Shown here: positions 61,178-64,000 of the stretch, in pieces
Numbering within the stretch: the stretch's first letter is position 1
Layout: each line of letters opens with the position of its first letter
Origin: Sphaerodactylus townsendi
Taxonomy: Eukaryota
Assembly: GCF_021028975.2 (NCBI RefSeq)
Contig: NC_059439.1
Span: 33,976,001 to 34,040,000 of the forward strand
Length of the DNA stretch: 64,000 nt
Direction: 5' to 3'
The notes under the pieces: generated by a model
Seen by the model: the letters and a program-made list of their open reading frames with translations, nothing else
Database searches by the model: none
Told to the model about the DNA's origin: nothing
Made by a program: the position numbers and the translations under genes

Positions 61178-63054
61178 AAGTTTATTAAACCACCCAATGC
61201 ATTTGACAAAGAGAAGAAATGTATTGTCGAAAGAACCTGTCCAATTTGAGAAATTTAAACTCTAGGAAAGGGAGCCCAGTACCCAAATAAAGGCAATCAA
61301 TTCCAAGTCTGTATTGCAGCAAACTACCATGTTTATTGGTTAGTCAAAGCAAGTGCACAACAGCTAACAGAATCCACAGCAGTTGCAAAGATTCAAAGTA
61401 CAATTTAGGCATTCTATAGACATTTAGGTATCATAGTAAGACCAGTATATTTTCATCTAAGCAGTTTACAGTTTTATTGAGGGTTGTTTGAATTTTTAAG
61501 GAAACCAACAAATACCAATTAAAATATGCACCAAAAGAGAAGAAAAAGATGAAAAAGGGTGGGCTCCTGATTCCTTCTGCAAGAATTATAAATGTAGTTA
61601 AAAATTTAACATGTTTCCTAATTAAAATAAAGAAATGTTAATTCAATTAATTCTGACTTATTATTACTAATTTAGCCGGAGTCACACTATTCTCAACTAG
61701 ACCCATTGTCTTATTCTCCTAGTCTTCAAACACACAAAGCAGCTGTTGGGGTGTGTGTGTGTGTGTGTTTTAAGTAAAAAGTCTACCAGGGATTTCCAGT
61801 TATTGATAAACTTAATTCAGTTTTTTTGGAGGCCATTTTTTCAAGGCCCACTCAACTGGCCACTGATCAGATGTCAGGCTTGCCAACAGATCTTGTAAAA
61901 ATGCCCATTCTCATTTCCTTGTGAGCATCAGATAAAACTAAGAAAATATGCTGTGCTTCTCCCTTGCCAAAACAGGGTAAATAAACTGAACGTGTGCATC
62001 ATGGAAGTAAATAATGTGTGCATCATGGAATGTAAGCCCTCCTGGGGAGCGNNNNNNNNNNNNNNNNNNNNNNNNNNNNNNNNNNNNNNNNNNNNNNNNN
62101 NNNNNNNNNNNNNNNNNNNNNNNNNNNNNNNNNNNNNNNNNNNNNNNNNNNNNNNNNNNNNNNNNNNNNNNNNNNNNNNNNNNNNNNNNNNNNNNNNNNN
62201 NNNNNNNNNNNNNNNNNNNNNNNNNNNNNNNNNNNNNNNNNNNNNNNNNNNNNNNNNNNNNNNNNNNNNNNNNNNNNNATGTAAAACTGATAGTGCCAGC
62301 CTACATACGCATTGTGAGAATTTTCCAAGTATGCTGAAGTTAATGGGCATAGAAGGGGGCAACTCAGTTTGAAATTGCCCTGCAAGGAACTTTCCCCCAA
62401 AACACCTAATTATTGAGTTCGCTCAACAGCCCCAAGAGATAAAGTTAACAACTAACGATGAACTATTCCAAGATATCAAGGGACTGGAGAAGTCCCAGGG
62501 AAGCAGATCTACAGTCTTTATCAGCTACCTAAAAGACCATTATAAAGTTCCAGAAGGGGGAGGGTAGATTGCTGTCAGGTTTTTCAAAGCGGAGGTTTCT
62601 TAGGCAGTGAAAAAAGCCAAGTTGTGTGGATTCTTACATTTGAAGTAACTACAAACTGCCTGGAGGAGTGTTGGTCAAAAACGTTTCCCAAACTGGCCTC
62701 CTGAACCAAGAGCCTGTTCTTTGAATGCATGAATTTCTCTATGTTTCCAGTTAAAGAATCGCCATAAACCAGATTTCTCTATTCGGAAACTTAGAGAGAC
62801 GCTGCTAGGCTAAGTGGACCATTTTTTTCAGCATAAAGCCAGTGTGATGACGTGGTTAAGAGCAGTGGACTCTAAACTGAAGAACTGGGTTTGATTCCCC
62901 GCTCCTTCACGTGAACAGTGGCCTCTAGTCTGGTGGGCTGGGTTTGTTTCCCTGCTTCTCCACATGAAGCAACCTTGGACCAGTTCTTCAGAACTCTCCT
63001 ATCCCCACCTGCCTAACAAGGTCACGACTGTGGGGAGGGGAAGGAAAGGACTAT

Positions 63055-63905
63055 GCGGAGCTGCATGGGACAACTTTTCCTCAGTGCCTGCGGGTAGATC
63101 CTGAAAACCCCTGGGAGAAACATGAAGGTAAAATCAGATGCTGCAATTTGGGATTGGATTATGGGGAGCAGATTTCAGTTTGCTGTTTTGGTTGTCATGG
63201 GCATAGTAGATTGAATTGAATCGAAGAAGAATTCAGCCTTGACATTTTATTCTCCTGGAACTTGCACTTACCACAAGGCCTAAATTCTACTGGAACTTGC
63301 ACTGACCACAAGGCCTAAGAGGTGCCATCCCCCCCCACACCTTTTGGTCTTTAGACAAATGCAACAAATTCAGGACTTCTAATTGATTTTTCCCTTTTAA
63401 TTTCCATCCCTACAGCCAGACAAGTATTGAAACAATACAAGTAGAGTGGGAAATGGGACCACCCATCCTAGAAGAAGATGAGTAGATTGGGTTTATACCC
63501 TGCTTACAAACTCCAAAGTGGCTTACAAACTCCTTTCCTTTTTCTAAGCACAATCGACACCTTATGAGGTAGGTGGGGCTGAGAGAGGATTGACAGAACT
63601 GTGTCTAGTCCAGATGTAGGGAACCTGCGGCTCTCCACATGTTCAGGAACTACAATTCCCATCAGCCTCTGTCAGCATGGCCAATTGGGGCTGATGGGAA
63701 TTGTAGTTCCTGAACATCTGGAGAGCCGCAGGTTCCCTACCCCTGGTCTAGTCCAAGGTCACCATCAGGCTTCATGTGCAGAAGTGGCGAAACAAACTTG
63801 GTTCACCACAGTAGAGTCCTGCCGCTCATGTCAAGGAGAGCAGAATCAAACCCAGTTCTCCTGTCCACTGCTCATATGGATGAGAGGAGAATCAAACTCA
63901 GTTCT
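63055..63905 (+). repeat. Segmental duplicate of the OR-5 upstream region (57243-58190)
   Basis: Colinear high identity. Lacks the SINE at 57421-57698 and carries an extra MITE. Confidence 0.9.
63611..63745. mobile_element. Palindromic hAT MITE
   Basis: Long inverted arms GTAGGGAACCTGCGGCTCTCC... 8-bp TSD GTCTAGTC at 63603-63610 and 63746-63753. Empty site at ~58034. Confidence 0.92.
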
Positions 63906-64000
63906 CCAGATTAGAGTCCACCACTCTCAACCACTGCACCATGACAGCACCAAACAGTTTCAGTCTAATGTTGGTGTAGAACCTAAGTATGCAGGCTCTG

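Overview
This is vertebrate genomic DNA, not prokaryotic. It is squamate and most likely a gecko, judged from the repeat families. The assembly is draft quality: N-gaps at 32619-32804, 36797-37218, 45170-45340 and 62052-62278, plus several indel-rich patches that look like unpolished long-read fill. The left ~28 kb is repeat-rich. It holds a frameshifted Ty3/Gypsy chromovirus (gag-PR-RT-RH-IN-chromodomain, ~2.7-7.1 kb), solo LTRs, L1/L2/RTE-X-like fragments, hAT- and Harbinger-type MITEs, tRNA-derived SINEs, and a possible decayed minus-strand CEACAM-like Ig gene (~13.1-14.2 kb). The right ~35 kb is a same-strand tandem cluster of class II olfactory receptor (OR) genes: five full-length reading frames (29220, ~38690, 46006, 53531, 59581), two OR relics (31.4 kb, 49.7 kb), and the duplicated upstream region of a probable sixth gene at the window end. 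Main observations: (1) OR-2 has lost its ATG but keeps an intact 7TM frame, and an upstream exon could supply an in-frame ATG. OR-5 has a similar in-frame upstream ATG. (2) The tandem-duplication history is readable, including a microhomology-joined deleted unit that still carries a homeodomain+O/E-like motif. (3) Outside one indel-rich patch, the two young OR paralogs differ in protein only in TM4/ECL2. I found no convincing wholly new biological system. Repeat family names come from pattern recognition, not database search, and repeat coordinates without a stated TSD are approximate.
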